DNA of 64,000 nt from contig OX597835.1 of assembly GCA_951406725.2 (NCBI GenBank), positions 37,696,001 through 37,760,000 of the forward strand, written 5' to 3'. This document shows positions 40,688 to 53,595 of the stretch, piece by piece. The notes under the pieces are model-generated. The model ran no database searches and was not told the origin of the DNA. It worked only from the letters and a program-made list of their open reading frames with translations. Source of the stretch: Octopus vulgaris (Eukaryota). Made by a program: the position numbers and the translations under genes. Position 1 is the stretch's first letter; each line of letters opens with the position of its first letter.

Positions 40688-41690
40688 ATTTGAACTCAGA
40701 AAATAGCAGCAGACAAAATGCCTATTTCTTTACTACCCACAAGGGGCTAAACATAGAGGGGACAAACAAGGACAGACAAACAGATTAAGTCGATTACATC
40801 GACCCCAGTGCGTAACTGGTACTTAATTTAACGACCTCGAAAGGATGAAAGGCAAAGTCGACCTCAGCGGAATTTGAACTCAGAACGTAGTGGCAGACGA
40901 AATACTGCTAAGCATTTCGCCCAGCGTGCTAACGATTCTGCCAGCTTGCTACCTTAAACAGATGAAATACCTATTTCTTTACTATCCACAAGGGGCTAAA
41001 CACAGAGAGGACAAACAAGGACAGACACACGGATTATATCGAATTCAGTGCATAACTGGTACGTAATTTATCGACCCCGAAAGGATGAAATGCAAAGTCG
41101 ACCTTGGCGGAATTTGAACTCAGAACGTAGTGGCAGACGAAATACCTATTTCTTTACTATCCACAAGGGGCTAAACACAGAGAGGACAAACAAGGACAGA
41201 CAAACGGATTAAGTCAATTACATCAACCCCAGTGCATAACTGGTACTTAATTTATCGACCCCGAAAGGATGAAAGGCAAAGTCGACCTTGGTGGAATTTG
41301 AACTCACAACGTTATGACAGGCGAAATACCGCTAAGTGTTTCGCCCGGCGTGCTAACGATTCTGCCAGCTCGCTACCTTAAACAGACGAAGTACCTATTT
41401 CTTTACTACCCACAAGGGGCTAAACACAGAGAGGACAAACAAGAACAAACAAACGGATTAAGTCAATTATATTGACCCCAGTGCATAACTGGTACTTATT
41501 TAATCGACCCCGAAAGGATGAAAGGCAAAGTCGACCTTGGCGGAATTTGAACTCAGAATGTAATGGCAGATACGGCTACGCATTTCACCTGGCATGCTAA
41601 CGATTCTGCCAGCTCGCCACCTTAAACAGATGAAATGCCACTAAGTATTTTGCTCAACGTGCTGATTCTACTACCTTAACTCGCCACCTT
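40688..41690 (-). mobile_element. Tandem or nested array of family B SINE (three headed units, one headless unit, an older head and a remnant)
   Basis: Repeated units of about 180-235 bp with CCTATTTCTTTACTA tails near 40721, 40970, 41145 and 41394. Confidence 0.9.
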
Positions 41691-42275
41691 AACATCATCA
41701 GATAATAATATTAACCTACCTTTATTCAAAACGAAGGTGAATTAATATCATTATCCAACCAGCCAAAGAGATGGTGAAACTGACAGTTGTAATGCAATCA
41801 CTAGTTAATTCTATTCTGTCTGTATCACAAGGCTGTTTACATAGCTTGCTTGTACCAGCTGAGTCAAAAGACTATTTGCATTTCTTGTTTGTCTTCGGTC
41901 CAGTTCTTGTTCTGTAATATTTACACCAAGTAGCCTTTAGCTTTAACTATTCAACACTACTTAGCGTCGTGTTCTTCATATCAGTTGGTGTTTGAAACTA
42001 CATCGAATGTTCAGTCGAAGCCTGATGAAGAGAAACCTTTTGTCTTTATATTGTATTTTATTTACATTGTACTTTGTCCATTTTGCTGTCTTGTTCCGTA
42101 AAGTCTTACTTTGACTGTCTTCTAGTCTGTCCATGTAAACAATTCTTCAACGATATTTTTTGTTTGAACTGTTCCCCCCTCGCTTCGATTTACATAAATG
42201 TTTATTCTACACTTTGTTCTGCTTATTTTGTTACTTTCACATACATCTTCTTCACTCTTAGTACGGTCAGACATA

Positions 42276-42338
<63 letters not shown>

Positions 42339-43715
42339 GACATGATTGTGTACATCTCTTACATTTTATCTTTGACTCATTCCAGTCATTGGACTGTGGC
42401 TATGCTGGGGCAATTAAGAAAATTACTGCTAGTAAAAAAAAATGTATGGAAAAGGGAGATCGGGTATCATGAGGGATCAAATCCGCATTCAAAGGGAGAA
42501 TTTTTTTCACGATTGATATTATTTTAAAAATATAATTAATGAGCTGATAATAAATAAAATAATATTAAGAAAAATAAGGAATAATGCGAAGAAGGAAAAA
42601 GAATACATAAGTATAGAAGATAAATTTTCTTATAATTTATAACATCAATATAATAGTTCACTGCTTGGAAGGATTCCGTTAAACCAATTAGCACTAGTAG
42701 TTATTTTCTAAGGATAAAGGGTAAAGACAACCCCCTTGGTCATGAATGACCATGGGACTGCATTTAGAAAGTTACTCTCCAAGGCACAAGTCCCTAGGAA
42801 GGTTGTTTTATGGAAGACCAGCAGTCACGCATCCATACCCGCCTCCCCTCTCTATGCCACTGATGTTATCCAAGGAAAAGGCAAAGGTCAGTGCAGCTTG
42901 GCACCAGTGACACCGCAATCCATTTCTACAGCTGAGTGAGCTGGAGCAGCATGAAATAAAGTATCTTGCTCAAGAACACAACACACAGCCTAGTCCAGGA
43001 ATTGAACTCACTACTTCACGATTATGACCCTGACACTCTAACCACTGAGCCATGTGCCTTTATACAACATGCATGGTAAAGGGTAAAAACCTCCTTTGGT
43101 TATGAATGACCATGGTATTGCACTTAGAAAGTTACTTTCCAAGGCACAAACCCGGGTAAGGTTGTTCATGGAAGACCAGCAGTCGCCCATGCATACCAGC
43201 CTCCTGCCTCTACACCTCCAATTTTATCCAAGAGGGAGGCAAAGGCTAACACCAGCTTGGCACCAGTGTCGTTGCAACTCATTTCTACAGCTGAGTGAAC
43301 TGGAGCAATGTGAAGTAAAGTGTCTTGCTTAAAAATACAATGCAATGCCTTGTCCAGTAATTGAAACCACAATCTTATTATCATGTGTACAACACGCTAA
43401 CCACTAAGCCATGTGCTGTCCCTGTTATTTTCTAAAGCCTGGTACTTATTTTATCGGTCCCTTTTGCCCAACCCTAAGACACAGTTTATGCAGACAGACT
43501 GACACTGGTTGTTAAGTGGTGGTGGTGGTGGTGGTGGTGGTGGTGGAGGACAACACCAACACACACAAATACATTATTCACATGGTGTCAGGAAGGGCAT
43601 CCAACCAAAGAAACTATGTCAAAGCAGACAGCTGGAGCATGGTGCAGCTTTCTTGCTTGTCAAATTCTGTTGAACCATCTATAAGCTGTGCCGGTATGGA
43701 ACATGGACATTAGAT

Positions 43716-45205
43716 AGTGATGATGATGATGATGATGATGGTGATGGGGAAGATGATGGTGAGGATGACGACGATAATGACGATGATGATGAGGATAAGG
43801 ATGACAATGACGGTGATGACAATGAAGTGGAGGATGACGATGATGATGATGATGATGATGATGAGAAGGAGGAAGAAGAAGAAGAAGAAGAGGAAGAGGA
43901 CAACAACGACGATGACAATGATGACGACGATGATTATGATGATGATAAGGAGGAGGATGACAATGACGGTGATGACAATGAAGTGGAGGATGACAACGAC
44001 AATGACGATGATGAGGAGGAGAAGGAGGAAGAGGAAGAGGACAACAACAACGATGATAACGACGACAATGATGACGATGATGATGATGGTGATGATGATG
44101 ATGATAACTCTGCTGCTTTTGCCACCACTGCTGCCACTGCTGACAACAACAAGTATGATAATATATACGATGAGCTTCCACACAGTTTCCTGCCAACCAA
44201 ATTCACTCACAAGGCCCTGGTTGGTTCGGGGAAATAGTAGAAGACACTTGCCCAAGGTTGCGCTAAACAAGACTTAACCCAAAACCCCATGGCTGCAAAA
44301 CAAGCTTTTTCACCACTCAGCCATTCTTCACCACTATTACACAACCATTTTGGCACTTTTGCACACAATCAGCTATTTTACAGGAGGGGAGCAGTGGGGG
44401 GGCAAGTTAAACCAATCACATCAACCCCAGTACTTGACTGGTACTATATTTTATTGACTCTGAAAGGATAAAGGGCAAAGTTGGCTTCAGTGGGATTTGA
44501 ACTCAGAATGCTAAGAGTCAGAAGAACTGACTCAGCATTTATTCTGATGAGCTTAATGATTCTGCCAGCTCACCACCTTAACCTAATACCAGCATCATCA
44601 TCATCATCATCCCTACATCAACCAGCAGCAACAACAGTACCACCACCACCAACAACAATAACAACAACACTACCACCACCTCCACCACCATCAGTATTAC
44701 TACCCCACCACCACTACCACTGTAACCATTACCTCCACTTCCACCATTACCCACAACCTTCACAACCACCATCACCACTGTCACCCTCACCACTCCTACC
44801 ACTACTCACGACCACCACCACCACCACCTCCAACAGTACCACCTCCACCAGCTGTAACAGCAAGCAGCAGCAGCAGCACCACCACCACCATCACCATCAC
44901 CACCACCACCACCACCACCATCACCACTTCCACCACTACCACCTCCACCAGCTGTAACAGCAAGCAGCAGCAGCAGCACCATCACCACCACTACAACTAC
45001 CACCACCACTACCACTACCACTACCACTACTACCACCACTACCACTACCACCACCATCGGCACCACCACCACCATCGGCACCACCACCACCACTGCCGTT
45101 GAGTGTGTAGGAAGATAATGAAATCCAAAATGTCAATTGAAGATCTTAGCCAGCAGCAACTTTGGTTATTTCTACTGGATGGGTGAACAGAACGGTATCG
45201 GTGGC

Positions 45206-45237
<32 letters not shown>

Positions 45238-45436
45238 TATTGGTGGTGGTTGTCGTGGTGGAGATTGTCTGGGATGGTCAAAGACCGGACAGATTCTGAA
45301 GACGGTCTTCTTCACGATGAGTGGAGAGAAGAGAGGATGGTGGTGAGGGGTGGGGTGGGGGTTGGAGTGTTGGCGAAGATCAAAGGAAACAAGACAAAGG
45401 CGAAAAGGATGATGATGATGATGATGGTGATGATGG

Positions 45437-45475
<39 letters not shown>

Positions 45476-46080
45476 GACTTGCTATGTTTATAACAAAATT
45501 CATCATCATCATCATCATCATCCCCACCACATCCTCTTCCTCCTCCCTCTCTCCCTCGTTTCCACATCGTAATTATTGTCGTCATCATCATTGCTGTCGT
45601 TGTTGTTGTTGTTGTCATTGACGATGTTGTTGTCCTCGTCATCATCGCAAAAAAAAAAGTTAAAAGAAAACAGGAAACAAGAACAAAAGAAGCTCATGGC
45701 AGTGGTGGTGGTCATGGTGGTGGTGGTGGTGGTGGTGGTGGTGGTGGTGGTGGTGGAGGATGATGATGACAATAGCGATGATGGCGATGATGATGATGAT
45801 AACGTTGACAATGGCAACGATGTTGATAATGATGATGATGATGATGACGACAATGATGATGATGCTGATGGTGATAATGATGCTGATGGTGATTACAACA
45901 GTGTTCACGATGATGAAGATGATGTTGATGATGATGATGACGTTGATAACGATGATGGTGATGACAGCGATGACAATGATGTATGTGGGATTTTGTTGTC
46001 AACGGTGATGTCAATCATGACATCAATGATTGTGTCATTAGTGATGGTAATAGTAACGGTGGTGGTCGTGGTCGGAAGGA
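43716..46080. repeat. Mosaic trinucleotide tracts (GAT/GAG, CAC/CAG, GGC, GAT) with short unique islands
   Basis: Read directly; internal duplications near 43800/43960 and 44840/44940. Confidence 0.85.
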
Positions 46081-46616
46081 ATGGGCATCTGGCAAGAAGT
46101 GATGAGGGAGAAGAAGAGAAACATGTGGTGGCAACGTTTCCTTCCTATTCTTGTAAACCAAAGTTCAAATAGAAAGAAAGAAAGAAAGAAAGAAAGAAGG
46201 AAGGAAGGAAAAAAAGAAACAAAGGAAAGGAAAGGAAGAATGAAGTTGTACTTGTACAAGAAATTCTTTGATATTTCGGAAATGCAAAGCATGAATAACA
46301 GAATAAGGAGGACAAAGTGAATGTTGGAATACCAAATGCAAAATGTGTTTAGGAAGATGGAACCGTAGGTGGTTGGTTCGGTTAAATGCATTAGACATTA
46401 TCAAAGGTGTTGGTTAACAGTCGTTTTGGAACAAAGAAGACTAGTTCGGTCTGGAACCGTTTAGACTGGTTCCACAGGATGTTTCTACATAGGCATTCCA
46501 TTGTTGCATTCCATATGGCCTGTCATTTCAATAAAACTCACAGATTTTGATAAATATTGCGAATATGATGTTTTCTCTTCGTCTATCCTGTTAACAATTT
46601 GACAGCATCTATACAC

Positions 46617-46670
<54 letters not shown>

Positions 46671-46741
46671 TCTATCTACTTATCTATCTATCTATCTAAT
46701 TATCTATCTATCTATCTATCTATCTACTTATCTATCTATCT

Positions 46742-47375
46742 GAGCTATTTTTATCATACTTGTGGCTATGGCGAAAGAATGTATCTGGTGGACGCGCCTG
46801 AAAGGATTAGAGACAAACACTTTCCTCTCTGGTCAATCTCTCATCAACTTCTTCAAGTATCACTTGAAGAGGAAAGTGAGAGTAGAGAGGCAAGTTTTGT
46901 CTAGTGAATGTTTTAAAAAAAGATGGGTGAATGTAGCAAGGATGGCACGTATGAATGACGAAGCCACCTTGACTATGATTCTATGAACCGTAAAAATTAA
47001 TACAGAGAGTTGCTTATTTGCAAAAAAAAAAAAAAAGGAAATATAACATGTGACTTTATTGACTGAGGTTACCGTGGTCTTTTCCGTAGGCTTTTCCTTC
47101 CACGGGTAAACCTCACCTGTCCTCCCCTTTACACTTCATATTGACATTTCTGTGATTACGATCCCTATTGATCAATTTTTTTTTTCCTCTCCCCTTTTCT
47201 TTTTTCCCTCTCCCCCCCTTTTTTTAAAAATCCTCCCCTTTTTTGTCCTCTTTCTTTACTTTTATGATCCCTTTTGATCGAAAACCAACCCCCTTTTTTT
47301 ACCCCCAAAAGAAAAGCTCTACCTTGTAATTTGTTCTGTCTGTGTGCAGCCCTGTGTGGCTAATAAAGAAACATA
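46742..47375 (+). mobile_element. 3' end of a Tx1/L1-like LINE embedded in (TATC)n
   Basis: C-terminal AKECIWWTR..F..W, stop at 46986, pyrimidine-rich 3'UTR, ends AATAAAGAAACATA|TCTATC; a 64-bp end copy lies at 47511-47574. Confidence 0.75.
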
Positions 47376-47422
47376 TCTATCTATCTATCTATCTATTTAT
47401 CTATTGATCTATCTATCTATCA

Positions 47423-47480
<58 letters not shown>

Positions 47481-47986
47481 GTATTTATTGATCTATCTAT
47501 CTATCTATCCAAAAGCTCTACCTTGTAATTTGTTCTGTCTGTGTGCAGCCCTGTGTGGCTAATAAAGAAACATATCTATCCAGTCAACACCTACGCACTG
47601 TGTCTGTCTGTCTATCTAGCTATCTATCTATCTATCTAGCTGGCTATCAGCAGGTAGCCACAGGGAAGGAGAAAAAGATGGAGAAAAAGAATAGAAAAGC
47701 AAACAAACAAAGCAGGGAGGTTTACTACTCCCAAAACCAAAACACCCACAGAAAACAAAAGCATTAACATAAACACACAAACACCAAATGGCCTCATAAT
47801 GTTGACAGCTATAAACACTAACAATTCAGACCTAAAGAATAATTAGGTCAAACACCAACATAACAGAAAACGATATCAAAACAAAGAATCACCCTTACAA
47901 CACATTAAAGTCATACATATAACACAGAACACACATAACACACTGAAATCTCTCTACCCGGATGCAGTAGGGAGATTTCAAAAAGA

Positions 47987-48268
47987 TGTAGTGATATTGA
48001 TATCCTCACTGTTTGAGAGACACAATAAGAATGATCTCGTTTGAGATTACGACCATCTTTGGGCTAGTTTGACCCTGTTGTATCCACTGATCTGATTGGT
48101 TGGCATCTAGCGCGGTCTGTCTCCCTACTTATTTCACGCCAGATTGTGAGGCCAACCAATCAAATCAGTGGATACAACAGGGTCAAACTAGCCCAAAGAT
48201 GGTCGTAATCTCAAACGAGATCATTCTTATTGTGTCTCTCAAACAGTGAGGATATCAATATCGCTACA
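47987..48268. repeat. Near-perfect long inverted repeat (118-bp arms, 46-bp spacer); young MITE or fold-back
   Basis: 47987-48104 versus 48151-48268; two mismatches found by eye. Confidence 0.93.
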
Positions 48269-48419
48269 AATATCTCTCTAAAAAACTGTATAAAAACCTT
48301 CTGGGAGATGACTGTGAGGTGAAGGACAAACGATTTTCAAACAGTGATGCTCTCTCTCTCTCTCTCTCAATTTATTTCGTCTTCCTTTTGTGTGTAAAAC
48401 ACAACTTTCAATAGGAATA

Positions 48420-49345
48420 TGCTCAGGATAGGTTGTATAAATGTATGTGGCTTAGGGTCGCCTTGAAAACAAGGCTGCCTGTTAAATAGCCATCAGTGAG
48501 ACCAGACTCCACAATCTCCAGCATATGTTCGGCAGACATTTCAACATTTATTTTTCTCCATGTCTGCAGAGAATGGGCGGAGATGGTACCATGGTGCTTC
48601 TTCAGAAGAGTCTAGACCTCAAAGTAAGAGCAATATTCGTAGACCCGGAGAGTAAGCTGGTCATCTTGGATGTCGATGGCAGTAATAGGTCTGCTTTTCG
48701 AATGATAACAGTTTATGCACTGTCCTTAACAGGTCGGCCAGATTTCTTTTGACATCTAGAGGTTTTCCTGGGAACGTCTTGACCTTTACTTTTAGTGGGG
48801 TATTGGAACTCTACCTTGGACATGAATCTAGACTATGTGGGCAGAAAGGGTAATAGGAGGGGATGCAAATGCCTCAAAGACCTGCTCAGATATTTCCAAC
48901 TGACAGGTACTGATTGAACCACCTGAATGTGCCAATGTGGACATGGAGCAACCACATTGGGCCATCCAGATCGTATTTAGATAGAGTATTCTGTAGAACA
49001 GTGGATAGGGATAGTGTAGGATGTCCACAATTCCTTATATATTTCTTTATTGCCCACAAGGGGCTAAACACAGAAGAGACAAACAAGGACAGACAAACGG
49101 GTTAAGTCAATTACATCGACCCCAGTGTGTAACTGGTACTTAATTTATCGACCCTGAAAGGATGAAAGGCAAAGTCGACCTCGGCGGAATTTGAACTCGG
49201 AACGTAACGGCAGACGAAATACGGCTACGCATTTCGCCTGGCATGCTAACGTTTTTGCCAGCTCGCCACAATTCCATATAGTCCAGCTACACAGATCACA
49301 AATTTGTGACTCGTATGCTTGACTTAGATGAGAGCCACAGGCAAG
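48420..49345 (+). mobile_element. Decayed APE endonuclease domain of a Tx1/L1-like LINE, interrupted by a SINE
   Basis: INVCGL, VYA, LVGYWN, WTW..SYLDRVF, TDH; SINE 49040-49268 has a CCACAATTCC(T/A)TATA duplication. Confidence 0.8.
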
Positions 49346-50039
49346 GTCCTGATCTATCTATCTATCTATCCAATATCTACGCACTGTGTCTATCTGTTCA
49401 GTCTATACCTACACACTGTCTATCAGTCCATTCAACATCTGCATAAAGTTTTCTTCTATCTATTTCTTTATTACCCACAAGGGACTAAACACAGAGGGGA
49501 CAAACAAGGACAGACAAACGGTTGAAGTCGATTACATCGACCCCAGTGCGTAACTGGTACTTATTTAATCGACCCCGAAAGGATGAAAGGCAAAGTCGAC
49601 CTCGGCGGAATTTGAACTCAGAACGTAGCGACAGACAAAATACTGCTGAGCATTTCACCTGGCGTGCTAACGTTTCTTCTATCTATCATCTATCTGTGTC
49701 TGACTGTCCATCCAGCTGTCTGTCCATCGATCCATCCATCTGTCTGTCAGTCTGTCTATCCAACTATGTATCTATCTGTCTGTGTGTCTATCTATCTCCA
49801 TCCATCTATCTATCCTCTACTTCAACATCTAATGAAAGCAGCCACTATTCACCTGTCTCTCTTCCTATGTATCTGTGTCTGTTCATCTCTCTCTCTCTTT
49901 CATATACCCAGGGTGCCCACTAAAGCAATATATTGTTTTGTTTGCTTCTTCCATGCCATTATTGTATCTTCAATTCTTTTACAATACACAATATTAATGA
50001 AAGATAACAATGGACTTTAAAACAACACAACAGTAATGA

Positions 50040-50924
50040 AAACAACAAAAACATCATCATCAACATCTTCATCATCATCCTCAACACCATCTTCATCATG
50101 ATCATCATCATCTTCATGATCATCATCCTCTTCATGATCATCCTCTTCATGATCATCATCTTTATCATCTTCATTATCCTCACCATCATAATCATTGTCA
50201 TCTTCATCATCTTCATCATCGAACATCTCTAACCAAAACAACATCCAAACGAAAATGTAAAATAAATAAAAAAACAAAAGAAAATGAAAAAAAAAACTAA
50301 TTTAATAAGATAAAACATGAACCTAAAAGCAAATCTAATCATTATCATCATCATCCATCACCACAACCACCACCATTGTCATCATCATCATCATCATCTT
50401 TATCATTGTCTGTTCGTACATTTGTTTATCTATTATCATTATTATTATTTTGTTTTCTCATTTAAAAAAAAAATTTTATTTGAATAAAAATTCAATTCTC
50501 GTGTAATATATACCACCGAGACAAATTAGATTGACTAAAAATCTGTAATTAGCATAAATATTGATTAGTTAGTCAGTGTGTGTGTGTGTGTGTGCGTTTT
50601 TTTTAAATGAAAAACATACACTCAAAAAAGCAGAAAACAGCAAAAAATAAAAAAGAACACAAAATAAAACAGAACACCAATAATAATCTTATTACCAACA
50701 CCATTATCATTATTATTATTATCATTATTATTATCATTATTATTATCATTATTATTATCATTATTATTATCATTATTATTATCATTACTATTATCATTAT
50801 TATTATTATTATTATTATTAATTTTATTATCATCATCATCATTATCATTATTATTATTATTATTGTTGTTGTTGTTATTACTATTATTGTTATTGCCATC
50901 ACTACAATTATTGTTATTGTCATA

Positions 50925-50959
<35 letters not shown>

Positions 50960-51005
50960 TACTACTGTTATTAATATCGTTGTTGTTATTATTATTATTG
51001 TTATT
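50040..51005. repeat. (ATC)n and (ATT)n tracts
   Basis: Read directly. Confidence 0.9.
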
Positions 51006-51275
51006 TTTTGAAGACACAAACCAGCATGATAGTTAATTTGTTACGTCAATCAGATAGAACAATAGCAATTAAGAACTAATTATGATGTTTATAGTCATTT
51101 ATTTATACCAGTGTTTGTTATTTTATTTTTATATTTGCTTTTTGGTTGCTTTTTTTTATACACCAGGGGGAAGAAGACAGAAAAAGAAAGAGAAAAGCAG
51201 AAAGAGAAAGAGACAATGAAAAAAAGAGAGAGAAAGATAGGGAGTAAGAGACAACCAGTGAGAGAGAAAAAGTAA

Positions 51276-51309
<34 letters not shown>

Positions 51310-51690
51310 TTAGATTTTTCTATTGTTATTCTGACAATAAGAAGTTGAATTACGAAGAAGTCATTGACAAATTAAATGTTGCCCAGTCGAAGAAGAACAT
51401 AGGCACGTGTGGTCTAGCGATTAAGGTGCTGCACTCACGATGACAAGATTGTGGTTTCAATTCCTGATCCAAGAAGTGTGTTGTGTTCTTGAGCAAAACA
51501 TTTCATTTCACACTGGCCCAGTCCACTCAACTGTAAATGAGTCCTCCTGCAATGGGCTGGTATCCTGTTCAAGAGCACAGGGGTAGTTTGTTGTGGTAGC
51601 AGTCATTTATATGCTATGGAAATTGGCTAACTGGCCTTGTGAATTTGATGACATGAGAATAGAAAGATATATATATATATATATATATAT

Positions 51691-52155
51691 GTAATTATTA
51701 TTTGAGGGAATATTACTCCTAACTTAGAGGGAAAAATTCAATTTAGAAATACTAAATCAAATTTCACAAAATATAATATATATATATAAAAATTAGGAAA
51801 AAAACCACGTTTTATCAATTCAAAATGAACTATTAAATTACACCATCTAGAAAATTACATATAATAGAAATATTAAAATTAAAATAACAATAATATACCG
51901 ATGATTAAGTAAATTGCAAAATGATAATAAAAACGTATATATTAGGTAGAATAACAACATGTGTTTCATGGCTATATTTAAGAAATGATTATAGTAAAAA
52001 AATTAATAGAAGTAGTAAAATCACTTCGATATAAATATAGCCACTCATCAGGTTAAAAATAAATATATATTATATTTTGTGAAATTTGATTTAGTATTTC
52101 TAAATTGAATTTTTCCCTGTATGTTTGGAATAATATTCCCTCAAATAATTATTAC
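51691..52155 (-). mobile_element. (TA)n-embedded fold-back element with inverted ends of about 90 bp and an internal hammerhead (Penelope pLTR-like)
   Basis: 51691-51783 is the reverse complement of 52063-52155; relatives at 18060-18140, 18645-19238 and 54680-54830. Confidence 0.8.
51952..52055 (-). ncRNA. Type I minimal hammerhead ribozyme motif with extended stem II
   Basis: TAAC-CTGATGA-GTGGCTATATTTA(loop)TAAATATAGCCAT-GAAAC-ACAT-GTT-GTTA; 13-bp stem II, 4-bp stem I. Confidence 0.78.
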
Positions 52156-52365
52156 ATATATATATACATATATATATATGTATGTATGTATATATATATA
52201 GGTGCAGGTGTGGTTGTGTGATAAGAAGCTTGCTTCAAAATCACATGGTTCCAGTTTCAGTCCCACTGTATGACACTTTGGGCAAGTGTCTTCTACTATA
52301 GCCTTGGGCTGACCAAAGCCTTGTGAATGGATTTGGTAGATGGAAATGGAAAGAAGCTCATCGTA

Positions 52366-52397
<32 letters not shown>

Positions 52398-52605
52398 TTC
52401 ATGTGTCGATGTTTGTCTACCCTCCCCTACCACCCCTTGACAACCGATGTTGGTGTGTTTATGTCCCCATAACTTAGCAGTTCGACAAAAGAGATCAATA
52501 GAATAAGTACTAAGCTTACAAAGAATAAGTTGTTCAACTAAAGGCAGTGCTCCAGCATGGCTGTAGTCAGATGACTGAAACAAGTAAAGGAATAAGAGAA
52601 AGAGT

Positions 52606-52656
<51 letters not shown>

Positions 52657-53179
52657 CACAGATGTGGTCGTGTGGTTAGAAGTTTGCTTCCCAACCACAT
52701 GGTTCTGAGTTCAGCCCCATTGCAGGGCACCTTTGGCAAGTGTCTACTACTGTAGCCTCAGGTTGACCAAAGCCTTGTGAGTGGATTTGGTAGACGGAAA
52801 CTGAAAGAAGCCCATCATATATATTGAATAGATATATATATATTAATTTATGCTGGTCCACCTGACTGGTTCCCATGCCAGTGGTGCGTAAAAAGCATCA
52901 TTCAAATGTGGCCGATGCCAGTACCCCCTGACTGGCTCCCATGCCAGCAGCATGTAAAAAGCACTATCCAAACGTGATTGATGCCAGGCCTCCCTGACTG
53001 GTTCCTGTGCCGGTGGCACATAAAAAGCACCCACTACACTCTTGGAGTGGTTGGCATTAGGAAGGGCATCCAGCTGTGGAAACATTGCCAGATCAGATTG
53101 GAGCCTGGTGCAGCTGCTGGCTTTCCCGACCTCAGTCAAACCATCCAACCCATGCCAGCATGGAAAACGGACGTTAAAC

Positions 53180-53212
<33 letters not shown>

Positions 53213-53595
53213 ATATATTTGTGTGTGTGTGTGTGTGTCTTTGCATCTGTATTTGCACCCCCACCCACCATCCAATTCAACAACCAATGTCGGTGTGTTT
53301 ACATCCCTGTAACATAGCAGTTTGGCAAAAAGAGACCAATAAGATAAGTATTTGGCTACAAAAAAAAAGTCTTCACATCAATTTGTTCAAAACACCCCTC
53401 AAGGCACTGCTCCAGCATGACCACAGTCAAATAACTGAAACATGTAAAAGAGTAAAAGTAAAATGATCTCTGCAATATCAAGGTGCATGGCAGAGTAATT
53501 AGGGAGTTCCTCTCACAATTACAAGATTGTAGTTTCAATTCTAAGACCTGGTATGGCATTGTGTTCTTCAGCAAAATTCTTAATTTTTAAGTAGC

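Noticed and set aside
40688-41690. CRISPR-like or tRNA gene array
   Set aside because: Units are SINE bodies with no unique spacers; heads have A/B boxes but no cloverleaf that I could fold.
43717-44277. Asp/Glu-rich acidic protein ORF
   Set aside because: Expanded (GAT)n at the tail of an old RTE-like fragment; open in several frames.
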